64,000 nt of DNA from Candidatus Multivoradales bacterium (GCA_965212505.1 OZ243123.1:4624313-4688312); one strand, 5' to 3'. Shown: positions 1-10,089, counted from the first letter of the stretch. The notes: generated by a model not told the origin, from the letters alone. Numbers and translations are program-made.

Positions 1-379
1 CGTCCGAGGCGTCGATCGGCCCCTCGCGGAAGATCACTTCGTCGCGAGGGTCCGGTACGCCGGTCACGGACTCCGTGACCCAGTTCAGGAAGTGTTTCTC
101 CCCGATCGCTACGTTGAAGGCCAAGATCTCGGGAAGCTCATAGTCGTGAAGCTCCTGGATCGTGGACTCGACCTGGGCGTACTGACGCTTGTTGGTCTTG
201 ATGACCAACAGAAGCTCCTGGTCATCACAGATCTTCCCTTGCCACAGGTAGACCGAGCGATGAACTGGGAGAATGTTGACGCAGCTCGCGAGCCGGCCGA
301 TGACCAGCTCCTCGGCAATGAGGTTCGCCTGCTCCTGGTTTCCGACGGTGGTGACAACAACAATGGGTTTCAAAGCCAA
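1..379 (-). CDS. cutA: CutA divalent-cation tolerance protein (3' end beyond window start; TTG start near 377-379)
   Basis: Manual reverse translation gives KPIVVVTTVGNQEQANLIAEELVIGRLASCVNILPVHRSVYLWQGKI...LLLVIKTNKRQYAQVESTIQELHDYELPEI, which matches the CutA1 fold signature. It is missing from the ORF track (no ATG start, runs off the window edge). The sense-strand ORF 92..460 is the antisense artefact. Confidence 0.7.
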   Translation of the reverse strand, partial: MALKPIVVVTTVGNQEQANLIAEELVIGRLASCVNILPVHRSVYLWQGKICDDQELLLVIKTNKRQYAQVESTIQELHDYELPEILAFNVAIGEKHFLNWVTESVTGVPDPRDEVIFREGPIDASD

Positions 380-429
380 TGCAATCTAGCCCACGCGCTG
401 GGGGCCGTCAATCGTATTGATGGTTGGAC

Positions 430-1029
430 CTACTTCCACACTCCTGTAAGACGATCATAGTTCAGCGTTTTCACTTTCCCAGTAATGCCGTATAGACGCA
501 CCACCGTGAGGTGCGCGCGACTGTCGGTTAGATAGACGGAACCCGGGGTCGACCCTCCGAGGGGATTGAAGGAGGCGAGATCGGAGCGGTTGAATCGGAT
601 GGGGTCCTCGAGACGCTCGAGGAGCCTGGACGGGTTGGACGGGTCGGTCGGCGGCGGGCCGGAGGGGAATCCGAACCTCAGGCCATGACCCAGGTGGCGG
701 ATCCTGCGGGCGGGCCCCGCCGCAGGATCGACCCCGGAAGCGATGTCCGCGTTGAGCACGCCGTCGCCATCTCCATCTCGGTGGAGAGTGAGCGAGACGG
801 CGCCTCCTGTCTCGACGCGGAACTTGACCGCGGCGTGATCGCCGGTGCGAAGCGCTAGAGCTCGCGCCTCTCGAAGAGCTCCTGCGATCTCGGCTGCGGC
901 GGTCCGGACACGCAGCCCCGCCGACAGACGTGTGATCGCAGGCGTCGCTGCGGCGGCTAGCACCAGAGAGATGGTGAGCACCACGAGGACCTCGAGAAAC
1001 GTGAAGCCCGCTCTTCGCATCGGCGACAC
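430..1029 (-). CDS. Type II secretion / type IV pilus pseudopilin (GspH-like), prepilin N-terminal methylation domain
   Basis: N-terminus RAGFTFLEVLVVLTISLVLAAAA is the classic prepilin cleavage/methylation motif (GFTLxE plus a hydrophobic helix). Confidence 0.75.
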   Translation of the reverse strand: MSPMRRAGFTFLEVLVVLTISLVLAAAATPAITRLSAGLRVRTAAAEIAGALREARALALRTGDHAAVKFRVETGGAVSLTLHRDGDGDGVLNADIASGVDPAAGPARRIRHLGHGLRFGFPSGPPPTDPSNPSRLLERLEDPIRFNRSDLASFNPLGGSTPGSVYLTDSRAHLTVVRLYGITGKVKTLNYDRLTGVWK

Positions 1030-1035
1030 GCCCCC

Positions 1036-1356
1036 CTACCTCGAGCCGCTGCCGGCTGCCACCTTGTCGCGCAACGTCGTCTCTCCCTCGACGCTGACGT
1101 AGGGCCGAATCAGGTCGAACGTCCGGTCTCCGATTCCGGAGACGAGCAGCAGGTCCTCTGGCTTCTTGAACTTGCCGTTCTGCTCGCGGAACTCGACGAT
1201 GCGCGCCGCGACGGAGGGTCCGACCCGCGGCAGCAGGCTGAGCTGGTCCACCGAGGCGGTGTTCACATTCACCTTGCCGCTGGCGGCAACGGCTGGGGCG
1301 AGGAGGGCGAGGGCGAGGAGGGCGATCCAAGCTGCGGCCCGATAGGACGTCTTCAT
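1036..1356 (-). CDS. comEA: ComEA-like helix-hairpin-helix DNA-binding competence protein (signal peptide); start at internal ATG MKTSYRAAAW
   Basis: Signal peptide followed by VNVNTASVDQLSLLPRVGPSVAARIVEFREQNGKFKKPEDLLLVSGIG (the ComEA HhH motif). GGAGA Shine-Dalgarno sits 8 nt upstream of the ATG at 1354-1356. The upstream part of the ORF track call is R-rich and was rejected. Confidence 0.8.
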   Translation of the reverse strand: MKTSYRAAAWIALLALALLAPAVAASGKVNVNTASVDQLSLLPRVGPSVAARIVEFREQNGKFKKPEDLLLVSGIGDRTFDLIRPYVSVEGETTLRDKVAAGSGSR

Positions 1357-1765
1357 AGTCTCTCCTTCTTGAGTCGATTTGGAATGGCTTCTTTGAACTC
1401 TGCTACTGCCTGCGCTGTATCGATGCTCGGTGGACGGTCGGCACCTCCTCTCCCGAGTTGAGTCCGTATGCCCTCTCAAGCCCGTTGCCATCACGGCCGC
1501 ATCTTCCAACCGACTCATTCGATGTGACTTAGAGGCGTCCACCGCACCACGGACAGCCCCAGCCCGTCCAGACTTCTTGCACCGGCGGCGAGGCGTAGCT
1601 GGAGATCCGCCCATGACCAAAGGGGACTTCTTCGCGTCAAGCGTTGTGGACAGCTGCGCGATCGCTTGACGGCCACCTCGCGCGGTTCACTGCCGCGGAG
1701 CCACCAGCGGCTGCAATCCCGGGCAAACGCGGAACCTGGAAGGGCGCCACTGAGTCAACGCAAAG

Positions 1766-2729
1766 AATGACCCCTCGACTCGCTGTGCTTCTCTCACTCG
1801 CCGTAGCTTGCTCTCTCTCCGCCTGCACTCGCGGCCTGGCCATCGAGCCTGGCGAGACGTTTCAGGACTGTGAGGCCTGCCCGAAGATGGTCGTGATTCC
1901 ACCTGGGGATTTCCAGATGGGCGCCAAGACCGGCCGACCGCAAGAAGAGCCGCTTCACACCGTCACGATCTCGGAGTCGTTCGCCGTTGGCGTCCATCCG
2001 GTCACCGTGGCGCAGTTCCGAGCGTTCGTCGACGAGCGACCACAGGCCGTGGCGAGCGGTTGGTGCGAGGTCTACGGAGACGATGGCTCTCGCCGTCGTG
2101 AGGACAACGCCAGCTGGAGACATCCAAACTTCGAACAGGCGGACGACCACCCGGTGGTGTGCGTGAGCTGGACGGAGGCGATCCATTTTGCTCGTTGGCT
2201 CTCCACCAAGACCGGCCGCCAGTATCGACTGCTCACCGAGGCGGAGTGGGAGTACGTCGCTCGGGCAGGCTCGACAGCCGAGACCCTTGCTCAGCGCGGC
2301 GCTCTCGGTCGAGCCAATCAGGGGGCGGGTCGCGGCGAGGTCAAGTGCTGCTTCGGTGCCACGGCCGAAGGAGATCCGTGGCTCCACACCTCTCCGGTCG
2401 AGGCCTACCCGGCAAACGCCTTCGGCGTCTTCGACCTCGAAGGCAACGCGAGCGAGTTGGTCGCCGACTGCGTGAACGAAGACTATGTCGGAGCCCCTGC
2501 GGACGGCAGCGCCTGGACAACGGCCGACCGGCTGCTCACCGACTGGTCGCGGTTTGCTTGGACCCCTGTCGGCCAGTGCTTCGGAAATGTCCAACGAGGC
2601 AGAGCCTGGCCCCACCCGCCTTGGCCCGACGCCTGGTATGCGCGTCGCGGCTGGTGGTACCCCTCGCACTCGGCGAACTTCTTCGGCTTCCGAGTCGCTG
2701 CCGACCTTTCGGAAGAACCCGGCGCATAA
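1766..2729 (+). CDS. Formylglycine-generating enzyme (SUMF1/FGE-sulfatase) family lipoprotein
   Basis: Lipobox LSLAVACSLSAC. FGE domain motifs are present: MVVIPPGDFQMG, HPVVCVSWTEA, RLLTEAEWEY. The start was moved from 1644 to the ATG in front of the signal peptide. Confidence 0.8.
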
Positions 2730-2841
2730 AAGAATCGAACCTACGAGCAGCTCCATGCGCCAGCTTCAGGCTGGCGGAATAGACTCACCTGTGGAGGGCG
2801 TTGTAGAAGCGGTACCTTCTTTCGGCTAGGGTAGGGAGCCC

Positions 2842-3525
2842 ATGCAGCGCCGCCAGTCCACTCTTCGCGAATATTTCGAGGCACTCCTGATCGCAGGGAT
2901 CTTCCTCGGCTTTACGAACACCTTCGTCGTCAAGACCTTCTACATCCCGAGCGGTTCGATGGAGAACACGCTCCTGATCGGCGATCACCTGTTCGTCAAC
3001 CGATTCATTTACGGAGCGGCTCCGACGTCGCCCGAGAAGTCCCTGCTTCCGCTCCGCCCGGTCGAGCGCGGCGACATTGTGATCTTCCGATCCCCCGAAC
3101 GGCCGATGGTCGACATGGTGAAGCGATGTATCGGACTCCCCGGCGACCGGGTGGAGGTCGTGGACAAACGACTTCTCGTCAACGGCCAGCCGGTCGAAGA
3201 CTCGACCTATGCCATCCACAAGGACCCTCGTGTCATACCTGCTGCGGCAGGCCGACGCGACAACTTCGGTCCGATCGTCGTTCCGGAGGACCGGTTCTTC
3301 TGCATGGGTGACAACCGAGACGAGTCTCACGATTCGCGCTTTTGGAACGGCGTCCCGAAGCACTACGTCAAGGGCAGAGCATCCCTCGTCTATTGGTCCT
3401 TCGGCGGCGAAACCTCGGACGGAGTCTGGAGGGGCTGGGCTCACAAGGTCGGGCAACTCGCCCGCACGGTAGCCGGCTTCGTGACCAAGACTCGCTGGGG
3501 TCGTACGTTCCACATGGTCAACTAG
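2842..3525 (+). CDS. lepB: Signal peptidase I
   Basis: N-terminal TM helix, catalytic box IPSGSMENTLLIGD, box E GDNRDESHDSRFWG. Confidence 0.9.
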   Translation: MQRRQSTLREYFEALLIAGIFLGFTNTFVVKTFYIPSGSMENTLLIGDHLFVNRFIYGAAPTSPEKSLLPLRPVERGDIVIFRSPERPMVDMVKRCIGLPGDRVEVVDKRLLVNGQPVEDSTYAIHKDPRVIPAAAGRRDNFGPIVVPEDRFFCMGDNRDESHDSRFWNGVPKHYVKGRASLVYWSFGGETSDGVWRGWAHKVGQLARTVAGFVTKTRWGRTFHMVN

Positions 3526-3534
3526 ACACCAGCA

Positions 3535-4230
3535 ATGGCACGCTCAATCGGCAGGGAGTACCTCGAGGCGCTCCTGATCGCCGTGATCTTTGCGACGTTT
3601 GCACGAACCTACGTGGTTCAGGCGTTCAAGATCCCAACCGGTTCGATGGAGCAGAATCTCCTGGTCGGTGACCACATTCTGGTCAACAAGTTCCTCTACG
3701 GAGAGAGGTTGGGCCTGGTCGAGCGGTTCCTACTTCCCGCCAGAGAGGTGCGCCGGGGGGACGTTGTCGTCTTCAAGTTCCCTGAAGATCCGAGTCGAGA
3801 TTTCATCAAGCGTTGTGTAGGACTACCTGGCGATGAGATCCGAATTGTCGACAAGATCCTGCACGTGAACGGTGAACCCGTCGGAGAGACCGGATACGCC
3901 TTCCACGCGGACGAGCGTGTCTACCCGAGCTCCGTCTTCCTACCGGAGGACTACAGCCAGCGGGACAACTTCGGTCCGACCGTGGTGCCCGACGGCCACC
4001 TCTTCTTCCTAGGTGACAATCGCGACAACTCGCACGACTCGAGGTTCTGGGGAGCGGTACCGGAGGACTACGTCAAGGGACGAGCCTTCTTGGTCTACTG
4101 GTCTTTTGCGGTCGAGCAGGAACAGACCGAATGGCCCGGCTACATGAGCCGGCTCCGACAGATCTCCTCGGTGTTTTCGAGCTTTTTCTCGAAGACTCGC
4201 TGGGAGCGTAGCTTCCAGGTGGTGCGCTAG
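3535..4230 (+). CDS. lepB: Signal peptidase I (tandem paralog)
   Basis: Same motifs as the first copy: IPTGSMEQNLLVGD and GDNRDNSHDSRFWG. It starts 10 bp after the previous lepB. Confidence 0.9.
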   Translation: MARSIGREYLEALLIAVIFATFARTYVVQAFKIPTGSMEQNLLVGDHILVNKFLYGERLGLVERFLLPAREVRRGDVVVFKFPEDPSRDFIKRCVGLPGDEIRIVDKILHVNGEPVGETGYAFHADERVYPSSVFLPEDYSQRDNFGPTVVPDGHLFFLGDNRDNSHDSRFWGAVPEDYVKGRAFLVYWSFAVEQEQTEWPGYMSRLRQISSVFSSFFSKTRWERSFQVVR

Positions 4231-4256
4231 ATCTTTTTCGTATTGGAGGCCATCAC

Positions 4257-4622
4257 ATGACGAGACTCGGATCCCGCGGCGAAGGCAGGCTTGGCTGTTT
4301 TCTCTGGGCGGTCGTGCTGGGCGTGGGCATACTCATCGCAGCCAAAGCCGTCCCCGTCAAACTTGTCGACGTAGAGTTCGGCGACTACATCGAAGAGCAG
4401 GCGCAGTTCTCCGGCCGAACCGGAGGCGAAGAGCTGCGAAAACGCATCCTCAAGAAGGCCAAGGAACTCGAGATTCCTCTCGACAAGAAGAAGCTGAAGG
4501 TCACCAAGTCCACCCGCCGGGTGCAGGTAGAGTGCAGCTACACGGTGACGGTAGACCTGATCTTCCGCACCTACGACTGGACCTTCGAGCACGACATCGA
4601 CCAACAGATCTTCATCATCTAG
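4257..4622 (+). CDS. Small membrane-anchored hypothetical protein (DUF4845-like, commonly downstream of lepB)
   Basis: Single N-terminal TM (CFLWAVVLGVGILIAA). Protein-like composition, same strand, tight spacing after lepB. Confidence 0.5.
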   Translation: MTRLGSRGEGRLGCFLWAVVLGVGILIAAKAVPVKLVDVEFGDYIEEQAQFSGRTGGEELRKRILKKAKELEIPLDKKKLKVTKSTRRVQVECSYTVTVDLIFRTYDWTFEHDIDQQIFII

Positions 4623-4725
4623 AGGGCAGAGCCCCTCAACGGGCACAAAAAACCATCTGGCGGGCGCGAAATTTCCACTCGGGGCCCGCCAGTCCGCCCA
4701 TATTCGCTCGCATTGTCCACCCAGT

Positions 4726-5214
4726 ATGTCTCTCGACCTAGACCAGATCCGCCAGACGATCACTGAGTGGCTACTCGCCGAGGGTTGGCAGACGGCCGAG
4801 GGAACCGGCGAGGGGGCAGCTTGGGCACTTCGCGGTCAGGATCCCGGAGGGAAGGTTGTGATCTTCGCTCAGGAGAGTGCGTCACCACACCGTCTGCTGC
4901 TCCACGCGAGCGTTCGACTCGACCCCGCCCATGGCGAGAAGCTCCTGGCCCTCGACGAGAAGCGGCAGGAGGAGTTCTGCTGGCAGATTCGCATGAAGCT
5001 CCTCGACATGCGGGTGGACTTCCAGGGTGTTGCGATTCCCCTGGAACAGGTCAACCTGCGGATGCGGCTCTATGCAGAAGACCTGACTCGGTCTCGCTTC
5101 TTCGACACTCTCGGGTGTCTGCAGAACGCCATGCTCTTCCTGATCTGGACCGTCCGGCGCACGCTCGACGAGCCCGCGCTCGAGCGCGACGACGAAAATC
5201 TGCGCGTCAACTAG
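4726..5214 (+). CDS. Hypothetical protein
   Basis: Non-repetitive protein-like ORF, same strand as neighbours. The overlapping 4767..5357 frame is Arg-rich and was rejected. Confidence 0.4.
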   Translation: MSLDLDQIRQTITEWLLAEGWQTAEGTGEGAAWALRGQDPGGKVVIFAQESASPHRLLLHASVRLDPAHGEKLLALDEKRQEEFCWQIRMKLLDMRVDFQGVAIPLEQVNLRMRLYAEDLTRSRFFDTLGCLQNAMLFLIWTVRRTLDEPALERDDENLRVN

Positions 5215-5923
5215 AGGCGCTCGGCAGCGAAGACAGTTCCAGCCGAAGGCTCTCGAGAGCGGCGAGTGGGTCGGCAGACCGTGTCAGGGGCCGACCGATC
5301 ACCAGAAGGTCCGCACCGGAATCGAGCGCCTGCCGAGGCGTAGCGGTTCGCCTCTGATCGTCCGCCGCCGAGCCGCCGGGGCGGATCCCTGGGGTCACGA
5401 GATCAAACGACTCGGGCGAGAGGGCCCGCAGAGACGCGACCTCGCGCGGAGAACAGACTGCGCCTCGACAGCCGTGACGCTCGGCCAGCGATGCCCATCG
5501 CTCGACGCGCTCGGCCGCTTCCCCCGGAAGATCCAGCGCTTCCAACTGGGTCCTGTCGAGGTGCGTGAGCAGCGTGACTCCGAGAATCTTGAGGCGATCT
5601 CCAGCGGCCTCGGCCGCCGCCTCGATCATCGCCGGACCGCCTCCAACGTGCGCCGTCAGATAGTCGGCTCCAAGCTCGCGGGCCATCCGCACGGCGCCGG
5701 CCACGGTGTTGGGAATGTCGTGCAGCTTCAGGTCGAGAAACAGCCCTCGTGCACAGCGACGCGCAACCTCGACTCCGTCAGGGCCCCAGCGTGTGAACGC
5801 CTCCAGCCCGACCTTCAGAACGCCGACTCTCGGGCCGAACATTTCGCACCACCGCTCGAAGGTCGGCCAATCCGCGGTGTCGAGAGCAACGGCGACCTGG
5901 CGCAGGGGATCATCTCTTGTCAT
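5207..5923 (-). CDS. pyrF: Orotidine 5'-phosphate decarboxylase
   Basis: Motif DLKLHDIPNT and the overall OMP-decarboxylase TIM-barrel pattern. Start moved to the internal ATG (MTRDDPL), which overlaps the pyrD stop by 4 nt. Confidence 0.85.
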   Translation of the reverse strand: MTRDDPLRQVAVALDTADWPTFERWCEMFGPRVGVLKVGLEAFTRWGPDGVEVARRCARGLFLDLKLHDIPNTVAGAVRMARELGADYLTAHVGGGPAMIEAAAEAAGDRLKILGVTLLTHLDRTQLEALDLPGEAAERVERWASLAERHGCRGAVCSPREVASLRALSPESFDLVTPGIRPGGSAADDQRRTATPRQALDSGADLLVIGRPLTRSADPLAALESLRLELSSLPSASS

Positions 5924-7041
5924 TGCTGTTTCCTCGCCATGTCCGCACCGACTGCCTCTTCGAGGGTCTCGAAGCCATCGGCGTCGAGACGTTGTACCAG
6001 TCGCCGGAGGCAGCTGCAAACCAGGCGTGGACCTCTGTAGATCATGGCTGTGTAGATCTGGACCAGAGAGGCGCCGGCTCGAACCCGGCGGTAAACCTCG
6101 TCGCCCGAATCGACCCCGCCCACGCTGATGAGTGTCGTGTGGCCGAAGAACTCCGACGCGAGCGCTTGGAGCATCTTGTAGCTGCGGGCACGGAGCACCG
6201 CTCCGCTCAAGCCGCCCTTTCTGGCAGCTCCCGGCAGGAGGTCGTAGTCCGTCGTCGTGTTAGTTACGATCACGCCAGCGGCGCCGGCCTCGATCGCGCC
6301 CTGGACGAGCGCCAACGCTTCGGCCACCTCGAGGTCCGGAGACAGCTTCACGAGCACCGGCTCGGCGCCCAGGTCGAGACCAAGGCGCACCAGTCCCGCA
6401 ATTCGCTCGGGCGTCTGCAGGTCACGCAGACCAGGGGTGTTTGGCGAAGAGATGTTGATCACGAAGTAGTCCGCGGAGCCCTGGAATCGCCGGAACAGCT
6501 GCTCGTAGTCCGATTCGGCGTTCTCGAGCTTTGTGATGGCGTTCTTGCCCACGTTCACCCCGAGCGGGACGCGGTAGGGCCGCCCCGCGACCACCCGCCG
6601 ATGGATCGAGCCCATGCCGTCGTTGTTGAAACCGAGCGCGTTCTGCAGACTCTCTTTCTCTGGATGGCGAAAGATCCGTGGCTTCGGGTTTCCCGGCTGG
6701 GCGAGCGGCGTGACCGTACCCACCTCGACGAAGCCAAAGCCCAGGCCCTCGAAGCCGTGGATTGCCCGGGCATTCTTGTCGAAGCCCGCCGCCAAGCCGA
6801 CGGGGTTCGGGAACGTTCGGCCGAAGAGGCGCTGCTCGAGGCGCGCGCCCTCGGGGGTGCGATAGGCCGCCCGAAGGAGACCGCGCCCCGGCCCCAGCGA
6901 CGAGACGGCGCGCAGGGCGGTCATCGCCAACCCGTGAGCGCGCTCGGGTTCGAGGCGGAGAAGGAGCCTGTGCGTCAGGCCGGTTCGATAGGGCTTCGTG
7001 GGCTGCAACGTTCTCTCTGCTACGATCCGTCGGGCCTTCAT
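5920..7041 (-). CDS. pyrD: Dihydroorotate dehydrogenase (quinone), class 2
   Basis: N-terminal LEPERAH membrane-association helix, FPNPVGLAAGFDKN, GFGFVEVGTVTP, and the NISSPNTPGLR active-site loop. Confidence 0.9.
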   Translation of the reverse strand: MKARRIVAERTLQPTKPYRTGLTHRLLLRLEPERAHGLAMTALRAVSSLGPGRGLLRAAYRTPEGARLEQRLFGRTFPNPVGLAAGFDKNARAIHGFEGLGFGFVEVGTVTPLAQPGNPKPRIFRHPEKESLQNALGFNNDGMGSIHRRVVAGRPYRVPLGVNVGKNAITKLENAESDYEQLFRRFQGSADYFVINISSPNTPGLRDLQTPERIAGLVRLGLDLGAEPVLVKLSPDLEVAEALALVQGAIEAGAAGVIVTNTTTDYDLLPGAARKGGLSGAVLRARSYKMLQALASEFFGHTTLISVGGVDSGDEVYRRVRAGASLVQIYTAMIYRGPRLVCSCLRRLVQRLDADGFETLEEAVGADMARKQQ

Positions 7042-7076
7042 TATGGTCCAGCGCGACCCGACCTTGCCTGCTCTCC

Positions 7077-8834
7077 ATGAGCGCTGAACCGACTCGAGCC
7101 CCGGCCCCTTCGGAGCACCGGCTCGACCAGCTGCTGAACGCGGTTCCTGGATTCCTGCTGGGCTCTCACCTGGCGGGGTTGATGTTCTTCCTGAACCCGA
7201 GTCTCGCCTTTGGCGCCTGGCCCTTCTTGCGCGGAACGCTCCTGTATGGCGGCCTACTCGGTGCGCTCACCGGTGTCGGGCTCACTCTGATCACTCGCCG
7301 GTCACAAGGCCTCGCGCGTCGCGTCTTCCCCTGGTCTCTGGCGACCGTCTTCGCTGTCGCCGCGACGACCTACTGGGTTCACGCCTCTTATTATTCCTTC
7401 TTCGTACCGCCGGGGATGAACGCTCGGCTCATCAAGGCGGCGGGTTGGCTGACCCTCTGCGGCCTTGCGACGTTCTATACCGCCCTGCTGCATTCGATAC
7501 AGGCCAGGCCGTACAGCCGTCGCACGCGCGCGTTTCTCGCGTTCCTGGCGCTACTTTCGATGGTTGTGCTCGTCGAGAGGCGAGAGGCGTTCAAACCCAC
7601 GGTCGCCGCCGCACTGCCCTCCACCGTGGAGCGCGAAATCCGCCCAACCCTCATTGTCGTAGGGATCGAGGGGGCGACACTCGACGCGATTCTTCCGCTG
7701 GCGGGGCAGGGGCAGCTCCCCTTCTTCTCAGAGCTTCTGGCAAGCGGTACGCACGGTCGACTCTCGACCCTGTCGCCGACCTACGAGGACGCCCTCTGGA
7801 CCTCGGTCGCGAGCGGAAAGTTCCCCTACAAACACGGAGTCTTGGGTGAGCAGATCTTTCCGGCGGGCGCCCTGAGCCCAGGCTCTCTCCTCCGGCTCGT
7901 GCCCGCCGGGTTCGGCGGACCGCTCTTGCAGACGGCCGGCTACGAAGCGAGCCCTCCAGACGCCCAGAGCAAGGAGTCGTTGGTGGCCTGGGAGATTCTC
8001 GGTCGGCTGGGCGTCGACACCGGGGTCGTGGGTTGGCCCGTTTGCTACCCATCTGGAGGCGAGGTCGACTTCGCCTTCTCGGAGCGCTACTTCGACGGCG
8101 ACTTCTTCGCGGCCAGTGCGCGACCGACCGAGCTCGTCGAGCGCGGCATCTTGTTTCGGGTCTCCACGGATGACATCGACCCTGGTGTCGTCGACCAGCT
8201 CGCATTTGCCGTGCCTCACGACCTGCTCCGAGTCTTGGCGGGGGATCTTTGGCGCGAGTCTCTCACCACGTTTCTCATGGATCAGAAGGGCGGCGTGAGG
8301 GCCTGGTTTCTGATGCTTCCTGGCCTCCGAGAGGTCTCAGCCCGCTACTTCGGAAGCTACTCCGCCGTTCATTTCGAGGGCGACCAGACGCCCCTTCACC
8401 ACCAGTCGGCACAGTTCGTCACGTCCTATTATCGACATCTCGACGCGTTCTTGGCGCAGCTCTGGAATCGCGCAACCGGGCCACGGATGTTGGCGATCGT
8501 CTCGCCCTTTGGCGCCGAGTCTCCTACCGGTGTTCGTCGGCTCATGGCGAACCTGTCGGGCAAGCCGATTCCGGGGCGTTTTAATGGAGCGCCGGACGGC
8601 GTGCTCTTTCTCGCCGGAGAGGGCATCCGCCAAGGTGTCTTCCTCGAGGACGCCCATGTGATCGACATCCTGCCAACCCTCCTGTACGGGCTCCGATTCC
8701 CGATCGCAAGAGACCTCGACGGCCGGGTCCTGGTGTCCGCATTCGAGTCGTCCTTCCTGGCACGCCACCCGCTGACCTTCGTCCCGTCCTACGAGACGCT
8801 AGCGGCGGAAGCGGCGCCCGGACAAGAGCGCTAG
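7077..8834 (+). CDS. Multi-TM membrane protein with C-terminal alkaline-phosphatase-superfamily (type I phosphodiesterase/nucleotide pyrophosphatase-like) domain
   Basis: About six predicted TM helices, then TLIVVGIEGATLDAILP (AlkP-type metal-ligand motif). Start set after the pyrD stop (ATG near 7077); the upstream part of ORF 6762 is antisense to pyrD. Confidence 0.7.
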   Translation: MSAEPTRAPAPSEHRLDQLLNAVPGFLLGSHLAGLMFFLNPSLAFGAWPFLRGTLLYGGLLGALTGVGLTLITRRSQGLARRVFPWSLATVFAVAATTYWVHASYYSFFVPPGMNARLIKAAGWLTLCGLATFYTALLHSIQARPYSRRTRAFLAFLALLSMVVLVERREAFKPTVAAALPSTVEREIRPTLIVVGIEGATLDAILPLAGQGQLPFFSELLASGTHGRLSTLSPTYEDALWTSVASGKFPYKHGVLGEQIFPAGALSPGSLLRLVPAGFGGPLLQTAGYEASPPDAQSKESLVAWEILGRLGVDTGVVGWPVCYPSGGEVDFAFSERYFDGDFFAASARPTELVERGILFRVSTDDIDPGVVDQLAFAVPHDLLRVLAGDLWRESLTTFLMDQKGGVRAWFLMLPGLREVSARYFGSYSAVHFEGDQTPLHHQSAQFVTSYYRHLDAFLAQLWNRATGPRMLAIVSPFGAESPTGVRRLMANLSGKPIPGRFNGAPDGVLFLAGEGIRQGVFLEDAHVIDILPTLLYGLRFPIARDLDGRVLVSAFESSFLARHPLTFVPSYETLAAEAAPGQER

Positions 8835-8839
8835 ACCGC

Positions 8840-9253
8840 TCAGCCTTCGCGCTTTGCCGCGAGGGGCGTCACGACGCCGGAGGGGCCACCGGAATCGCTT
8901 GTGCGCTTCGGCGGTTCCATCGCGCAGCGGCCTTCGTAGAAGCCGCCCTCCTCGATCACCAGGGTCGGCGCCTGGATGTCGCCTAGAAGCCGGCCGCCGG
9001 CGTTGATTTCGATCCGCCGCTCCGCCTTCACGGTGCCCTTGAGAACACCCGAGACGTAGACGCGACCGACCTGAACGTCGCCGTCGACCTCTCCCCGCTC
9101 GCCGACCACGAGATCGCCCTTGGAGGTCACCTTTCCCTCCAACCGGCCGTCGACTCGGAACGTGTCCTCGAAGGACAGCTCACCCTGAATGCGGCTACCG
9201 GCATCCAAAAAACCGTTGAGATCGCCCTTGGCCTCGCCGTTCTTGAACATCAA
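8840..9253 (-). CDS. Bactofilin (DUF583 beta-helix cytoskeletal protein)
   Basis: Repetitive GxLxGxV beta-helix rungs (GELSFEDTFRVDGRLEGKVTSKGDLVVGERGEVDGDVQVGRVYVSGVLKGTV). It overlaps the parB stop by 4 nt on the same strand. Confidence 0.85.
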   Translation of the reverse strand: MMFKNGEAKGDLNGFLDAGSRIQGELSFEDTFRVDGRLEGKVTSKGDLVVGERGEVDGDVQVGRVYVSGVLKGTVKAERRIEINAGGRLLGDIQAPTLVIEEGGFYEGRCAMEPPKRTSDSGGPSGVVTPLAAKREG

Positions 9254-10089
9254 GCTTTCCTCTTCTTGATCAGAAGATCGAAGAGTCTCATCAACTCTTC
9301 TTCGTTGTGGAACGCGATCTGTACGGTACCGCCCGAGCCGCGCCTTCGAATTGTAACTCGCGTTTGCAGACTCCGGGTCAACCGCTCGGCCGCGGCGACC
9401 GTGTCGGCATCGACCTCGGGCGCCGCCTTCTTGGACGGTCGCGCGGAAACAAGCTTCTCCACCGCCCGAGCCGACAGCTTCCCGTCGGCGGCCTTCTTTG
9501 CGACTCGAATCTGCTCCTCTTCACTCGAGAGCGTCAGCAGCGGCCGCGCCTGGCCCGCGGTCAGTCGTCCCGCTTGGAGCAAGTCGAGCACATCTTCGGG
9601 AAGGCGAAGGAGCCGCAGCGCATTCGAAACGCTCGCTCGCGCCTTACCAACCTTGATCGCGACGTCCTCGTGCGAAAGGCCAAATTCTTCGTGAAGCCGG
9701 CGATAGGCTTCTCCCTCCTCGACCGGGTTCAGGTCGGTCCGCTGGAGATTCTCGACCAACGCCATTTCGAGCAGCTGTCGGTCGTCCGCAACTTCGCGAA
9801 TTGCCACCGGTACCTCTTCGAGGCCGGCGCGCGCGGCCGCCCGCCAGCGCCTCTCTCCGGCGACGATGGTGTAGTCGCCATCCGTACGCGGTGTTACGAC
9901 AAGCGGCTGAACGACACCCTGGCTTCGAATGGAGTTCGCCAGCTCCTCCAAGTCGGCGTCGTCGAACCGAACCCGAGGTTGGACTTTGTTCGGCTTGAGA
10001 CGCTCTAGAGGAAGCGACTGCTCGCCGGGAGATTCGATCTTCAGCAGGGCATCGAGACCGCGCCCGAGCCCTCTCTTCTTTGCACTCAT
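9250..10089 (-). CDS. parB: Chromosome partitioning protein ParB (Spo0J)
   Basis: [13 protein letters not shown]-terminus, the ParB box VQPLVV, and a HTH region. Confidence 0.9.
   Translation of the reverse strand: MSAKKRGLGRGLDALLKIESPGEQSLPLERLKPNKVQPRVRFDDADLEELANSIRSQGVVQPLVVTPRTDGDYTIVAGERRWRAAARAGLEEVPVAIREVADDRQLLEMALVENLQRTDLNPVEEGEAYRRLHEEFGLSHEDVAIKVGKARASVSNALRLLRLPEDVLDLLQAGRLTAGQARPLLTLSSEEEQIRVAKKAADGKLSARAVEKLVSARPSKKAAPEVDADTVAAAERLTRSLQTRVTIRRRGSGGTVQIAFHNEEELMRLFDLLIKKRKA

Noticed and set aside
92-460. Sense-strand 122-aa ORF at the window start
   Set aside because: The opposite strand in the same region translates to a clear CutA protein. This ORF is its antisense shadow with low-complexity composition.
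455-1330. 291-aa Arg/Pro-rich ORF overlapping the pseudopilin and comEA genes
   Set aside because: Extreme R/P/G composition is typical of an out-of-frame reading of high-GC coding DNA. The alternative frames give recognisable proteins.
4767-5357. 196-aa Arg-rich ORF and antisense 4227..4763 ORF
   Set aside because: Both overlap better protein-like ORFs (4726..5214, DUF4845-like, pyrF) and have R/G/S-rich, low-complexity composition.
6762-7076. 5' extension of the 690-aa ORF upstream of the AlkP-family membrane protein
   Set aside because: The extension is antisense to pyrD and Arg-rich. The ATG at ~7077 follows the pyrD stop and precedes the first TM helix.
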